A stretch of 44,092 bases of DNA, from IMG/VR virus record IMGVR_UViG_3300032130_000003, positions 1-44,092 of that record, one strand, 5' to 3'. The stretch comes from a virus (taxonomy: Duplodnaviria; Caudoviricetes). This document shows, in pieces, positions 1 to 9,228 of the stretch. The notes beneath the pieces were generated by a model. The model made no database searches, was not told the DNA's origin, and saw only the letters and a list, made by a program, of their open reading frames with translations. Position numbers and translations under genes: made by a program. Within the stretch, counting starts at the first letter, position 1. The number at the start of each line of letters is the position of its first letter.

Positions 1-259
1 GTTTTGTTTTAGCATGATGTACTACAGTCCACATTGATTTAAGTTCCCAAGGCATATCAGCTAGAAAATTAGTATGACTAACTTCAATTCCGTGTTGAAC
101 TTCTCGTGTCCATTGTTCACTAAATGTTCGATATCCTTGATCGTATCCTAATCCTCTATGTCCAAATCGTAATGGTAAATGCGGAATGACTGCTTCAACT
201 TGTGCTTGTAAGAAGTCAGGAAATAAATCGTCAAAAATTAAAATATTATTTTTGTTCAT
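1..259 (-). CDS. 2OG-Fe(II) oxygenase-like protein, N-terminal part (runs off the window); paralog of 246..1130
   Basis: Not in the ORF track. Manual translation from ATG at 259: MNKNNILIFDDLFPDFLQAQVEAVIPHLPLRFGHRGLGYDQGYRTFSEQW...MPWELKSMW. Shares PLRFGHRGLG, QGY, SEQW and PWEL with the neighbouring ORF. Confidence 0.8.
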   Translation of the reverse strand, partial: MNKNNILIFDDLFPDFLQAQVEAVIPHLPLRFGHRGLGYDQGYRTFSEQWTREVQHGIEVSHTNFLADMPWELKSMWTVVHHAKTK

Positions 260-1130
260 TATTGTTCCAATTTGAGTCCCAAGCATCTTCAAAGATTGGG
301 TGAAGTACTTTACGTTCTTTCATAAACGGTGTAGCTTCTCCACTAAAAATATAACCTATAGTAACACGTGGGCTTATTTCTTTTGGAGGTAATCCTTGAT
401 GTATATATTTGCTAGGAAATATAACCATTCTATTTTCTTTAAAAGGAACAGAATGAAATTTATATGAATCTAGATCGCCTTGATGATTTGCATAATCATC
501 GTCATACCATGTAGCATCTTTTGATCTGAAGCCCCCACTTTTCCGAGCCATGTCTTTTGTTCGTTGTAATTCAGCATCTACTTCTGCTTCTGTAACTCTT
601 CCTTTAGTTACACCATGAGATAGTTCTGCTAATTTAGGATTTAAATGTTCAGGATTGTTAGACCAAAATTCCATTCCAGTATCACCATGTAAAAGATAAA
701 CCATAGTATATGCAGGTGCATTGGTCGTAACATCGACGTGTAGTCCGCCAGCGTGTTTTTTAGTTGTTAAATTTACTTGTATTTGATTGCATTGAAGATT
801 GCATACATTAGGAGCAATAAGTTTTCTATTTTCATTTAATACTAACCATATAGCCCATAATTCCCAAGGAGCCTCTTGCGGATCAGTACCAACTGAGTCA
901 CCCCATTGTTCACTCCAGAATTGATAACCTTGATAAGGACCTAGTCCTCTATGACCGAATCTTAATGGAAAGTTTAATATTGTTTCTTTAGCTTGTTTGT
1001 GGAGCCAGTCCGGAACAATGTCGTCTATAACATAAACATTTTTTGATTCAAAGGTCGCCGTCTTGTCTGTTTTCGGAGTCGTTGATGTTAAACTTTCCTC
1101 CTGGATATCTTGATTCGAGTTTTTTGACAT
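246..1130 (-). CDS. 2OG-Fe(II) oxygenase superfamily protein
   Basis: HVD (HxD) plus FPSKYIHQG and distal R (SPRVTIG), typical DSBH oxygenase motifs. Start uncertain: ATG 1130 has GAGGT 11 nt upstream and overlaps the MazG gene. Confidence 0.7.
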   Translation of the reverse strand: MSKNSNQDIQEESLTSTTPKTDKTATFESKNVYVIDDIVPDWLHKQAKETILNFPLRFGHRGLGPYQGYQFWSEQWGDSVGTDPQEAPWELWAIWLVLNENRKLIAPNVCNLQCNQIQVNLTTKKHAGGLHVDVTTNAPAYTMVYLLHGDTGMEFWSNNPEHLNPKLAELSHGVTKGRVTEAEVDAELQRTKDMARKSGGFRSKDATWYDDDYANHQGDLDSYKFHSVPFKENRMVIFPSKYIHQGLPPKEISPRVTIGYIFSGEATPFMKERKVLHPIFEDAWDSNWNNNEQK

Positions 1131-1452
1131 TTTCTTCAATTACCTCATTAGGATCAAGCCCAAGAGAGCGACAAGCACTAGACCAATACCACATAATATC
1201 ACCAAGTTCTCGCTTGAGATGAAATACAGTTTCATCGTTAAGTGGTTTACCTTGGAACAAGCATTTTTTAACAATTTCACTAAATTCTCCTCCTTCACTT
1301 GACAATCCAATAGATGCAGTTAATAACAATGGAATGTTAACACCTGTTGCATTTTCTAATTCTTGTACTCGTCCAAAAAATGCACCAGACTTGTTACTTT
1401 CTACTGATGTAACTTTTTCAACGAATTCTTCATATCGTTTTAAATCCAACAT
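1048..1452 (-). CDS. mazG: MazG-like nucleotide pyrophosphohydrolase
   Basis: GLSSEGGEFSEIVKK...RELGDIMWY acidic motifs and NVKKLESRYPGG. Start placed at ATG 1452 after AAGGTG. Confidence 0.85.
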   Translation of the reverse strand: MLDLKRYEEFVEKVTSVESNKSGAFFGRVQELENATGVNIPLLLTASIGLSSEGGEFSEIVKKCLFQGKPLNDETVFHLKRELGDIMWYWSSACRSLGLDPNEVIEENVKKLESRYPGGKFNINDSENRQDGDL

Positions 1453-1483
1453 AAGCACCTTTGGGAGATCGTACCCACCCATT

Positions 1484-1885
1484 TTAAATAATACTCTCTT
1501 GGTCCATATCGCCTAGATAAGCATTATCTGGGTCTTCTTTTTGCCAGGCTAAAATACCTTCAGCTTCTATTGTACGCAGAACAGCAACTTCTTCTTCATC
1601 TGGAAGTTCCATATTAAATCCTCTTGTCCAACGTCCATGTTCTACAAGTACCCAGTCACCTACTTCAAATTCATCTTTATTCTCGTGGCCTTTAGCATAC
1701 ACTTTACCCCAACGTGGTTTAACACCGTGTGACTTACCGTCGTCGGAAGGAAGTATAATTCCACCTTTAGTTACCATTTCGTCAAAGTTCATTTGACGAA
1801 CAATTACTCGGTCATGTATTGGTCTAACGTGACCTTTGTAAACTGTGATAGCCCTTGGGGGCCCACCCATCAGTCCTAAATCCAT
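1484..1885 (-). CDS. groES: GroES/Cpn10-like co-chaperonin
   Basis: RPIHDRVIV...TKGGIILP...VGDWVL, Cpn10 pattern. Confidence 0.85.
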   Translation of the reverse strand: MDLGLMGGPPRAITVYKGHVRPIHDRVIVRQMNFDEMVTKGGIILPSDDGKSHGVKPRWGKVYAKGHENKDEFEVGDWVLVEHGRWTRGFNMELPDEEEVAVLRTIEAEGILAWQKEDPDNAYLGDMDQESII

Positions 1886-1887
1886 TG

Positions 1888-2319
1888 TTAGTCACCTTTA
1901 TTTACAAAGTTGCCATCAGCATCTTCAACCCAGTCTTGACCGCCTCGATCGTAGGGTTGCTCTTCAGTTTTAACTTCAACTGCTTCTGCTTCTTTAACTT
2001 TTGTTGTTTTAGAAACTTTAGCTTTAGCTTTAGTAGTTGCTTTTTTAGGTACTACTGTTGCTTCTTTTTCAACAACGTTAACTCCACGACCAGGAATTTC
2101 ATCTGGAACTGCTTGTGGATGGTCTCTGTAATAGTCGGCCATGACTTCTTCACGCTTACGAACAATTTTGCCGCCAGGGCCTAATTCGTCACCGCGAGCA
2201 TTAACACGAACGTTACCTACTGCTGGTGTCAATTCATTTTTTTGGCGTAACAAGTCCATATCAATTCTTTTACCTTGCATTGATACGTGTTGTTTACGAC
2301 CGGTTTGTTTAACTGCCAT
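1888..2319 (-). CDS. hypothetical phage protein
   Basis: AGGAG SD and upstream GATAAATA box; N-terminal GNVRVNARGDELGPGG segment, low-complexity K/A/T/E tail. Confidence 0.75.
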   Translation of the reverse strand: MAVKQTGRKQHVSMQGKRIDMDLLRQKNELTPAVGNVRVNARGDELGPGGKIVRKREEVMADYYRDHPQAVPDEIPGRGVNVVEKEATVVPKKATTKAKAKVSKTTKVKEAEAVEVKTEEQPYDRGGQDWVEDADGNFVNKGD

Positions 2320-2340
2320 TATGATCTCCTATTATGTACG

Positions 2341-2348
2341 TATTTATC
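2341..2348 (-). promoter_or_regulatory. T4-like late promoter box (GATAAATA)
   Basis: TAAATA overlapping the upstream stop codon, 21 nt before ATG 2319; same motif recurs at many gene boundaries. Confidence 0.55.
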
Positions 2349-2901
2349 TCATGAACTCATGCCAGTCTAGCTCATACTGGATTGAGTTAATTTTATGAAT
2401 ACCAATTAAGTATAGGATATAACTTGCTACACTAGATCCTCGTCCTACACCCCATACTATGTTATTTTCTCTCATTATGTCTACCAAATATATAAGAAAT
2501 CTTAGTAAGTTAAGTAGTCCACGTTTTTCGTACTCAATATATTCTGCTTCAGTTCGCATCCATTCTTCTGTATCACCAATTTGTTCTTTGTCAAGTTCGT
2601 CTTGCAGTTGAGCATACATCCATTTATGTATATCTAAATCTTTATACTTGTCCGGCATAAACCATTGTGACTGTAAAGCGTCATCAAATTGTTTCTTATC
2701 GTACGAGAGTGGTTGGTATTCTTTTAATGGTAAAAAGTTAAAACCAAGTTCTTTAATAGATTTATTGTATAGATTGGCGTCACGATTAGGCTCTACTAAT
2801 ATCTTAGAGAGCTTATCACTATTTCCTTCGTAAATTAAATTTACAATATCTTGATTGGTGAATCGTGGTACACCGAGATCGTCTACTTTCATGTTTCTCA
2901 T
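2344..2901 (-). CDS. DNA polymerase III alpha (DnaE) fragment
   Basis: MRENNIVWGVGRGSSVASYILYLIGIHKINSIQYELDWHEFMR matches the DnaE GxGRGS region; only 185 aa. Confidence 0.8.
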   Translation of the reverse strand: MRNMKVDDLGVPRFTNQDIVNLIYEGNSDKLSKILVEPNRDANLYNKSIKELGFNFLPLKEYQPLSYDKKQFDDALQSQWFMPDKYKDLDIHKWMYAQLQDELDKEQIGDTEEWMRTEAEYIEYEKRGLLNLLRFLIYLVDIMRENNIVWGVGRGSSVASYILYLIGIHKINSIQYELDWHEFMR

Positions 2902-2910
2902 TTATAAAGT

Positions 2911-2939
2911 ATTTTAACTGATATCAATCAGTTTGTCAA
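2911..2939 (-). promoter_or_regulatory. sigma70-type promoter for the DnaE fragment
   Basis: TTGACA-17 nt-TAAAAT, 9 nt before ATG 2901. Confidence 0.7.
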
Positions 2940-3138
2940 GACCTTTATTGTCATTATTCAGTCTTGCTTTAATTTGGCGTTCGCTGACTTCCAATTTATA
3001 GCTGTTGAGCAGTAATTGGATTTGGCTTTTTGCGTCGGGGTTTCGGGTTTGGAAAAATTTTTTAGTTAAATCTGAAATTTTAGCGTCTATTTCTTTTAAA
3101 GTGAGTTCTGAAACGTTTTGAGTAAATGGGTGTAGCAT
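2914..3138 (-). CDS. hypothetical protein (74 aa, helical)
   Basis: ORF fills the gap between neighbours; AGGTAGGG upstream. Confidence 0.7.
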   Translation of the reverse strand: MLHPFTQNVSELTLKEIDAKISDLTKKFFQTRNPDAKSQIQLLLNSYKLEVSERQIKARLNNDNKGLDKLIDIS

Positions 3139-3148
3139 ACCCTACCTA

Positions 3149-3715
3149 TTAAGTAAATGTACCGACGTAATGAGCAAATACTGTAGTACCTTGATCTGAG
3201 CTCCAAACGTCAATCACTTCTGGATTTACATCATCTGCTACAGTAAATGGACTTGGAAATCCTGAGGAATATTTAATTGTTCCACCACCTTCTGTTGCCC
3301 AAGTAAGTGTTCTAGCAGTACTGTCACCAAGTGTGTTTAATATCATTACACGAATCTTAGCAACTTTATTAGTAACAGGCCAATCTGTAAAAGTTAGTGT
3401 TATATTGCCCCCTATAGTAAATGTTTGAAAATTACCATTTGCAAAACTAACATTTTGAGGAGCAACTATTGTTCCACCAGCATATAGTTTTTCTGTGTTA
3501 CTGACAAGATTTCCGCCAGTAATGTCATTACCTAAAAAGTCATTGGTAGCATTTAATTTGGCTGTATTTGTCTGTAAGTCTTCGATCTCACTTTTAGCCG
3601 CAGTAAAGTTATTCTTTATAGTGCTAAAATTGTTACGAAAGCCTTGGCTATCATTATCCTGTCCTGCTATTGGATATGTAGCATCAATGCTGGTATTGTC
3701 GATATTACTTGCCAT
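3149..3715 (-). CDS. putative virion structural protein
   Basis: GATAAATA box at 3732-3739 and GAGG SD; coiled-coil then T/G/N-rich beta region; lies in the structural module. Confidence 0.65.
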   Translation of the reverse strand: MASNIDNTSIDATYPIAGQDNDSQGFRNNFSTIKNNFTAAKSEIEDLQTNTAKLNATNDFLGNDITGGNLVSNTEKLYAGGTIVAPQNVSFANGNFQTFTIGGNITLTFTDWPVTNKVAKIRVMILNTLGDSTARTLTWATEGGGTIKYSSGFPSPFTVADDVNPEVIDVWSSDQGTTVFAHYVGTFT

Positions 3716-3743
3716 TTGTGTTCCTCTCTATTATTTATCGCCT

Positions 3744-6700
3744 TTAAACATTAAAGGCATAGTTCCCGAATGGTATATATTGTTCATAGCTATTTCCTTT
3801 TGTAGCATCTATTATATATCTATCAATTTCAAAGTCTAGTACCCTAAAATTGAAGGCGCTATTAGCGATATTTAATGCTATAGTGGCACTTTCTCCAGGC
3901 TTACAAAAACATAATGGAATAGCCGTTATGAATCCTAATTCTTGAACTGAAGTGCCCTGGGCCGTAGTCATCCATAATGGTAGGAAATCGCGTTCAGTAA
4001 GCCCAACTGTTTTTATATTTTCACGCATATTTGTTACATTACTGATATAGCGTTGAGTATTATATGCTTGGTCAATTCTTATAGCATCACTATCAGTTTT
4101 AACTGGAGTAAATTTAGGTCTAAATCTAAATGGGTCACTTGTTGTTGTAGCAATAGTTCCAGCTTGTATAATATTTCCATTTTGTAATTGTACAAGAATT
4201 GTCCCGTTTGCATCAAGTATTACTGTTCCATTATTTCTAGTAATAATTTCAAGATCGTTTCCAAATGCTACTACTTGAACTTTTTGTCCTATTGCATTTT
4301 CTATTTCAAATACTGCAACACCGGCACCTTCTTTAGAAACATCATCAAATGCTTCATAGTCAACACTATCTACAGTAATCTCTTGTCTAGTTTTGATAGT
4401 TAAAGAAGATCTAACTTTTGTTTCTGGTACCCCAGCCTGCGGTGGAAAATCATATGGATCAATTACTTCTAAATAAACTACTTCATATTGAACATCATTT
4501 GTTCCGGCTTTTTTAGCTACTGCTGTTTTAACTGAACCTAATTTAAATCGTTTTTTAGAATGATTCTGTCTTGATACTGCAACATATTCACGAACATCTT
4601 TAGTTTCAATTCCAGCATATATTAACATTTTAATTTGTTTTTGTAAACCAAATGCTGGATCATTAGGTCTATAAATTTTATCAGGAGTAAAAATATTAGG
4701 ATCTCCGATAAAGTTATTATAAGTTGTACGCTGTGCCGGTTTTAAGAAAGGTTTAACAGATAAGTTACTGTAACTGATATTGTCAGGATCAGTAACTATA
4801 ATATTATAGTTCTGTGATAAAACACTAAATCCAAAACGATCTCGTGCTTCAACCTCAAATACAAACTTGCGATCAACAGTAGTTGTAGAACCATCAAGTA
4901 ATAGTAAATTATTATCAATCGTTGTTAAACCTTTAGTCCATTCACCTGAGACAGAATCTTGGTTTCTAAATTGATTTACTTTACCAACAATTTCTCCATT
5001 TGGATTTAATTTTAATCCTGGAGGTAATTCTCCGCTAATGATTCTATATAATACTTTACTACTAATTGATTGAGCAGTTATTTTTGCCGCTACGTTAAAT
5101 GTACTAATAAAGTTTGCTTTAATAGTTCCTAGGTCTGGCATAGTTATCCATACAATAGAACTTTCAACCTCGCCTAATATTTTAACTGTAAATGTTTTTT
5201 GCTTTGCCGCTAATAATGTTGCTTGACTAGTAAAGCGTCTTGCTTCAACTGTAAATTTATATTCTTTAGTAACTGCTGGTTGATATGGAACTCGTCCTGC
5301 AATTTCTCCAGTACTAACATCTAATGCCATTCCTGGAGGTAACACACTAGGACTTGCATCGTCATTATATTGTTCTAAATAATATCCTAGTTCTCCAACA
5401 ATAGTATTAGGATCAAATACATCTAAGTAAATTGTTACATAATTATTTGCTCGTTTATAACCAATGTCTGCTGGTGTTAACCAAACAGGCGTTCTAAGGA
5501 ATGTATTATCAGCTGTAAATATTCCTGTACCAACTTGCATAACTGTATTATCTGCACGTAAGAAATCATCACCAACTAAGAATATTATAAATTTTCTTTT
5601 TACAACTGTATCACCGTCACTAACACTTACTTTAAATTCAAAAAATCTATTAAGTTTTTTTGGACTTCGTGTTGGAATAGATTTATCATACCCTGTGGTA
5701 TCATAAAAGAAACTTTCATAACCATTAGCACTTCTTAATCCAAAGTCGAATGGAAAACTATCAAATTGTGTAGTATCATAAAAGCCGCTACCAGATCTAA
5801 GATCTAATGCTAAAATAGGATCAACAATTCCTATAAGTCTACCTTCTTCAGTTAATGTTATACCTGGAGGTAGTGTGCCATCTCCGTCAGCAATAAAATA
5901 TTCAAGTTCATCTCCTGCTGGTAGATCCGGATCAATTGCAGAAAGTTGGAAATCAACAATACTGCTATCTATAATATAAAAAGAATTATTAGGTCCTATT
6001 GGAAGTTTACCTTCATTAGTTGTCCAGACCGGTTCATCAGGACCATTTACAATAATATTATATGTTCTATCAGCAATTCCAGAAGAATTTGTTGCACGTA
6101 ATACAAATTCAAATGTAGTACTACGTTGTACTTCAAATGGTGTTCCTACAATTTGATTTTCTTCTAATCTCATTCCTGCAGGTAATTGTCCACTTATTAA
6201 ACTTACAATACTTGTATTAAGTTGAATAGTTGTAATAGAACCTGCTTCTAAAAATATGTTTGGAGCAGTAGTGTATACATACGTCATAAATCCTTGAACA
6301 ATTTCTTGCATAAACGTTTCTACTGTATGTCCTGTTCCAGTTTTGTAATGTGTTACTCGCCCACCTAAGTAGCTATAGTAGTATGTTTGATTTGTTCCGT
6401 AAAATACTCCGCCTGCATCTGGAATTATACCACCTGTGTATCCTTGACTTTTTGCTAAAACAAATGTTGAGTCTTGTGCAGATAAAAATGTTACACTATT
6501 AGCAAGACCACCACCGTATGGAATAACAGTATCATTTTCTCCATGAATTGTTAACCATCTTTTATCTTGTAATGGAATTGTAGCTGTATTATAATCAGTA
6601 GCATCAGGTCCAGTTTGTGTTGCCGGAGCGAAAAATGTATCGTTACGATATTGTGGATCAAATAATTGTGAACCAATAGTTACATATGAATAGATATCTA

Positions 6701-7262
6701 CGTCGCCAATTTCAATAAATGCTCTGTTCACTAATCCTGCACCAGTATCAAATCCAACAAATTTTATTCTGTTGTCATCAACATTATTAAATCCTTTTAA
6801 TGCTGTAATTAAATCTTTAAGCATATCAATATCAGGTGCTTTAGATGTTTCAGTTGCAACATTCCATGTATTGTTATATCCTGTTGGAGCAACTAAAATA
6901 TGATCACCTAAATAGTTTTCCCAAGTAGTAATTTCATTACTACCTGTTCCACTATCTCCATGTAGCAATATAGCTACTGGTACTTTTTTATTTGTGAGAG
7001 CAGGAATAGTAGGAACTCTTATAGATACAGGATATGTATATCCACCAGGTTCTTGTGACCAAGTTTTAGTTATATCTATGTCTGTTGAATTTGTTAGTGT
7101 AGGTAAGGGGTCGCTACTTAACGCGGTTGATTCAGGGTTAAATAATCCCCCAAGATCAGCACTAGAAGGGTCTAAAGGTAGAATAACTGTTGTAGTTAAT
7201 CTTTCCTCTAAAGTTGCTAGTGTATGTCCTGATAGTTGTGTCCAAACAGGTAAATTTGCCAT
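3744..7262 (-). CDS. baseplate-type structural protein with putative Ig repeats and an inserted alpha/beta-hydrolase domain
   Basis: Repeated GxLPPGxxL...GxIxG Ig-like units; residues ~60-330 carry LLHG / VAPTG / VDDNRI / GFDTG / IHGEND / GH motifs of LpqC/PHB-depolymerase-like esterases; GATAAATA box at 7288-7295. Confidence 0.7.
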   Translation of the reverse strand: MANLPVWTQLSGHTLATLEERLTTTVILPLDPSSADLGGLFNPESTALSSDPLPTLTNSTDIDITKTWSQEPGGYTYPVSIRVPTIPALTNKKVPVAILLHGDSGTGSNEITTWENYLGDHILVAPTGYNNTWNVATETSKAPDIDMLKDLITALKGFNNVDDNRIKFVGFDTGAGLVNRAFIEIGDVDIYSYVTIGSQLFDPQYRNDTFFAPATQTGPDATDYNTATIPLQDKRWLTIHGENDTVIPYGGGLANSVTFLSAQDSTFVLAKSQGYTGGIIPDAGGVFYGTNQTYYYSYLGGRVTHYKTGTGHTVETFMQEIVQGFMTYVYTTAPNIFLEAGSITTIQLNTSIVSLISGQLPAGMRLEENQIVGTPFEVQRSTTFEFVLRATNSSGIADRTYNIIVNGPDEPVWTTNEGKLPIGPNNSFYIIDSSIVDFQLSAIDPDLPAGDELEYFIADGDGTLPPGITLTEEGRLIGIVDPILALDLRSGSGFYDTTQFDSFPFDFGLRSANGYESFFYDTTGYDKSIPTRSPKKLNRFFEFKVSVSDGDTVVKRKFIIFLVGDDFLRADNTVMQVGTGIFTADNTFLRTPVWLTPADIGYKRANNYVTIYLDVFDPNTIVGELGYYLEQYNDDASPSVLPPGMALDVSTGEIAGRVPYQPAVTKEYKFTVEARRFTSQATLLAAKQKTFTVKILGEVESSIVWITMPDLGTIKANFISTFNVAAKITAQSISSKVLYRIISGELPPGLKLNPNGEIVGKVNQFRNQDSVSGEWTKGLTTIDNNLLLLDGSTTTVDRKFVFEVEARDRFGFSVLSQNYNIIVTDPDNISYSNLSVKPFLKPAQRTTYNNFIGDPNIFTPDKIYRPNDPAFGLQKQIKMLIYAGIETKDVREYVAVSRQNHSKKRFKLGSVKTAVAKKAGTNDVQYEVVYLEVIDPYDFPPQAGVPETKVRSSLTIKTRQEITVDSVDYEAFDDVSKEGAGVAVFEIENAIGQKVQVVAFGNDLEIITRNNGTVILDANGTILVQLQNGNIIQAGTIATTTSDPFRFRPKFTPVKTDSDAIRIDQAYNTQRYISNVTNMRENIKTVGLTERDFLPLWMTTAQGTSVQELGFITAIPLCFCKPGESATIALNIANSAFNFRVLDFEIDRYIIDATKGNSYEQYIPFGNYAFNV

Positions 7263-7300
7263 ATGCTTTATATCCTACTTCTTACAGTATTTATCGGATA

Positions 7301-8326
7301 TTATGCATACTTGGTCAAGTTACGTTCGAACTCGTGTAGACGCTTCCATATACTGCGAAGCTCTGTAATAGTGGTCCAGTTTTCTAAAAATAAAGCAAAG
7401 CCCCCATGAACCTTTTGGAAAGCATTTGATACTTGTACTACTACACCTAATAATATAGCACCTGTAAATAAGCTAGGTCCTACAATTAAATATGGTACAA
7501 TAATCATAAATTGATCGTAAGTAATACGCCAAGTGTCAAAGTAGCCATAATGCATATAAAGTCTGTGATAGTTAAATCGTATACCAGTAAATAAACTCCA
7601 TAGTGTTTCTGGTTGTGCGTAATTGGCTTTATCGTCTTCACCTAGTACTAAATCTTTTCTAAATGCGGCTTCTACCTTTTGATTATTATATTCTAGTCCT
7701 GGAAGTTTCCACCCAACAAACCATGAAATAACAATACCACCTAATGATACAACTAAAGCGGTCCATACTAAAGAACCTGGAATATCACTAAACCATGGAA
7801 TTGTAACTGCATCACTTAATGCCCATAATACAGGAATAAAAGCTACCAACGTCATTATAGCTCGTACAACTTGTAATCCTAAACCTTCTACAATACGAGC
7901 AAATCTATTACAATCTTCTTGAATACGCTGACTAGCACCTTCTATTTCAGTTTTAACATTACGCCATCGTGGAATGTAATCAAATGTAATTGCTTCACGC
8001 CACCGCAATCCATATAGACGGGTAAACCATCCTGTTGCAACTGCTAATAATACGTAGGGAAATGCTAAAACGGCAAATGAGGGTTCGCCTTGTAATCCAC
8101 TAGTCCAGTATTCGAAACTAATTAATTTATTGTAAAATAATGCTGTACCTACGTCAGCTTTATCTTTATAATCGCCTGCTTGTTGTAATAAGTTATAAAA
8201 TCCACCGTACCATGTGTTTATGGCTACAGTTATTTGTACTTGAATCCATAAAGATGCAATAAGTAAGGCACCACCGCCCCAGGCCCACAAAGCCCATTTT
8301 CGACTTTTGTAGTATGCGCCGATCAT
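7301..8326 (-). CDS. sbmA: SbmA/BacA-family peptide transporter
   Basis: Multiple TM helices; WALWAWGG, INTWYGGFY, IEGASQRIQED, EAAFRKDLV, TELRSIWKRL motifs. Confidence 0.85.
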   Translation of the reverse strand: MIGAYYKSRKWALWAWGGGALLIASLWIQVQITVAINTWYGGFYNLLQQAGDYKDKADVGTALFYNKLISFEYWTSGLQGEPSFAVLAFPYVLLAVATGWFTRLYGLRWREAITFDYIPRWRNVKTEIEGASQRIQEDCNRFARIVEGLGLQVVRAIMTLVAFIPVLWALSDAVTIPWFSDIPGSLVWTALVVSLGGIVISWFVGWKLPGLEYNNQKVEAAFRKDLVLGEDDKANYAQPETLWSLFTGIRFNYHRLYMHYGYFDTWRITYDQFMIIVPYLIVGPSLFTGAILLGVVVQVSNAFQKVHGGFALFLENWTTITELRSIWKRLHEFERNLTKYA

Positions 8327-8339
8327 AATCTATAACGTC

Positions 8340-9218
8340 TTAAACGCTACGCTGATGTTTGGTTGATGGACCAACTATGTATGGATAAACCGGTTGAAGG
8401 TTTGAATCCACTGACAAGTAATATGCCCATGTTCCGTTTGGATAGTCAGGAGTTTTGTTGTATCGACCGTTGTATGCATCTAAATGACCAGTACCTACTT
8501 GGTATTCATGATCATTAACAAATGTACCAGCCGCTTTTTCACCATAAGTGTAACCACGTCCAGTTGGTTCTGTAGTATAGTATTGATATGATGAAGTCAT
8601 TCTAGTAACTGCGGTTCCTAATTCTGCATTAGGATCTACGTATGAATATGGTCCGTAAATTGGATATCCGTCAAAACAATATCCAAGTATCTTACTATGT
8701 CCATCTGCGTGTCTAAAGTTATCACTACTGTAATTAGTTCCCGTGTAATAAGTTGGCGTCGGAGTTGACGCTGTTAACATAGCGGCATCCCAAGATGGAT
8801 TTGATTCTGCTGAACCTGTTGGTAAAAACATAAACATTCCAGACATATAATGATATTGTCCGTTAGTTTCTGGCCATCCACCTGCATCGTCGCCACCAAA
8901 GTTTGATCTAAATGCTACTGCATTATATTCAAAGCCATCGCCTGGTGCATCTGTTACAGGATCAAGTCCTGGTGGAACAGTTGTTGGACCTACTGAAGGA
9001 TTAAAAAATATAACACCGTTAGACATAATACCCATTGGTGTTAAAGGAACTGTTACCTGTGCATTAGTAGTATTTTCTCCACCGCGATATACAATAGAAT
9101 AATTATAAGATTGTGCAATCGCAGTATTTACGTTTGGCGAAAAATCATTATTTCCGAATGCATTTCCGAATGCCGCCGGATTAGGTAAACCATTTGATGT
9201 AATTGTTAATGTTGCCAT
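8340..9218 (-). CDS. YHYH-domain protein
   Basis: GQYHYM, GHSKILGYCFDGYPIYGPY, LDAYNGR, TPDYPNGTWAY, YPYIVGP. Confidence 0.8.
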   Translation of the reverse strand: MATLTITSNGLPNPAAFGNAFGNNDFSPNVNTAIAQSYNYSIVYRGGENTTNAQVTVPLTPMGIMSNGVIFFNPSVGPTTVPPGLDPVTDAPGDGFEYNAVAFRSNFGGDDAGGWPETNGQYHYMSGMFMFLPTGSAESNPSWDAAMLTASTPTPTYYTGTNYSSDNFRHADGHSKILGYCFDGYPIYGPYSYVDPNAELGTAVTRMTSSYQYYTTEPTGRGYTYGEKAAGTFVNDHEYQVGTGHLDAYNGRYNKTPDYPNGTWAYYLSVDSNLQPVYPYIVGPSTKHQRSV

Positions 9219-9228
9219 ATCTCTTTCC

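Noticed and set aside
2344-2901. Split intein or intron interrupting DnaE
   Set aside because: No intein N-terminal block follows the polymerase sequence and there is no non-coding space for an intron.
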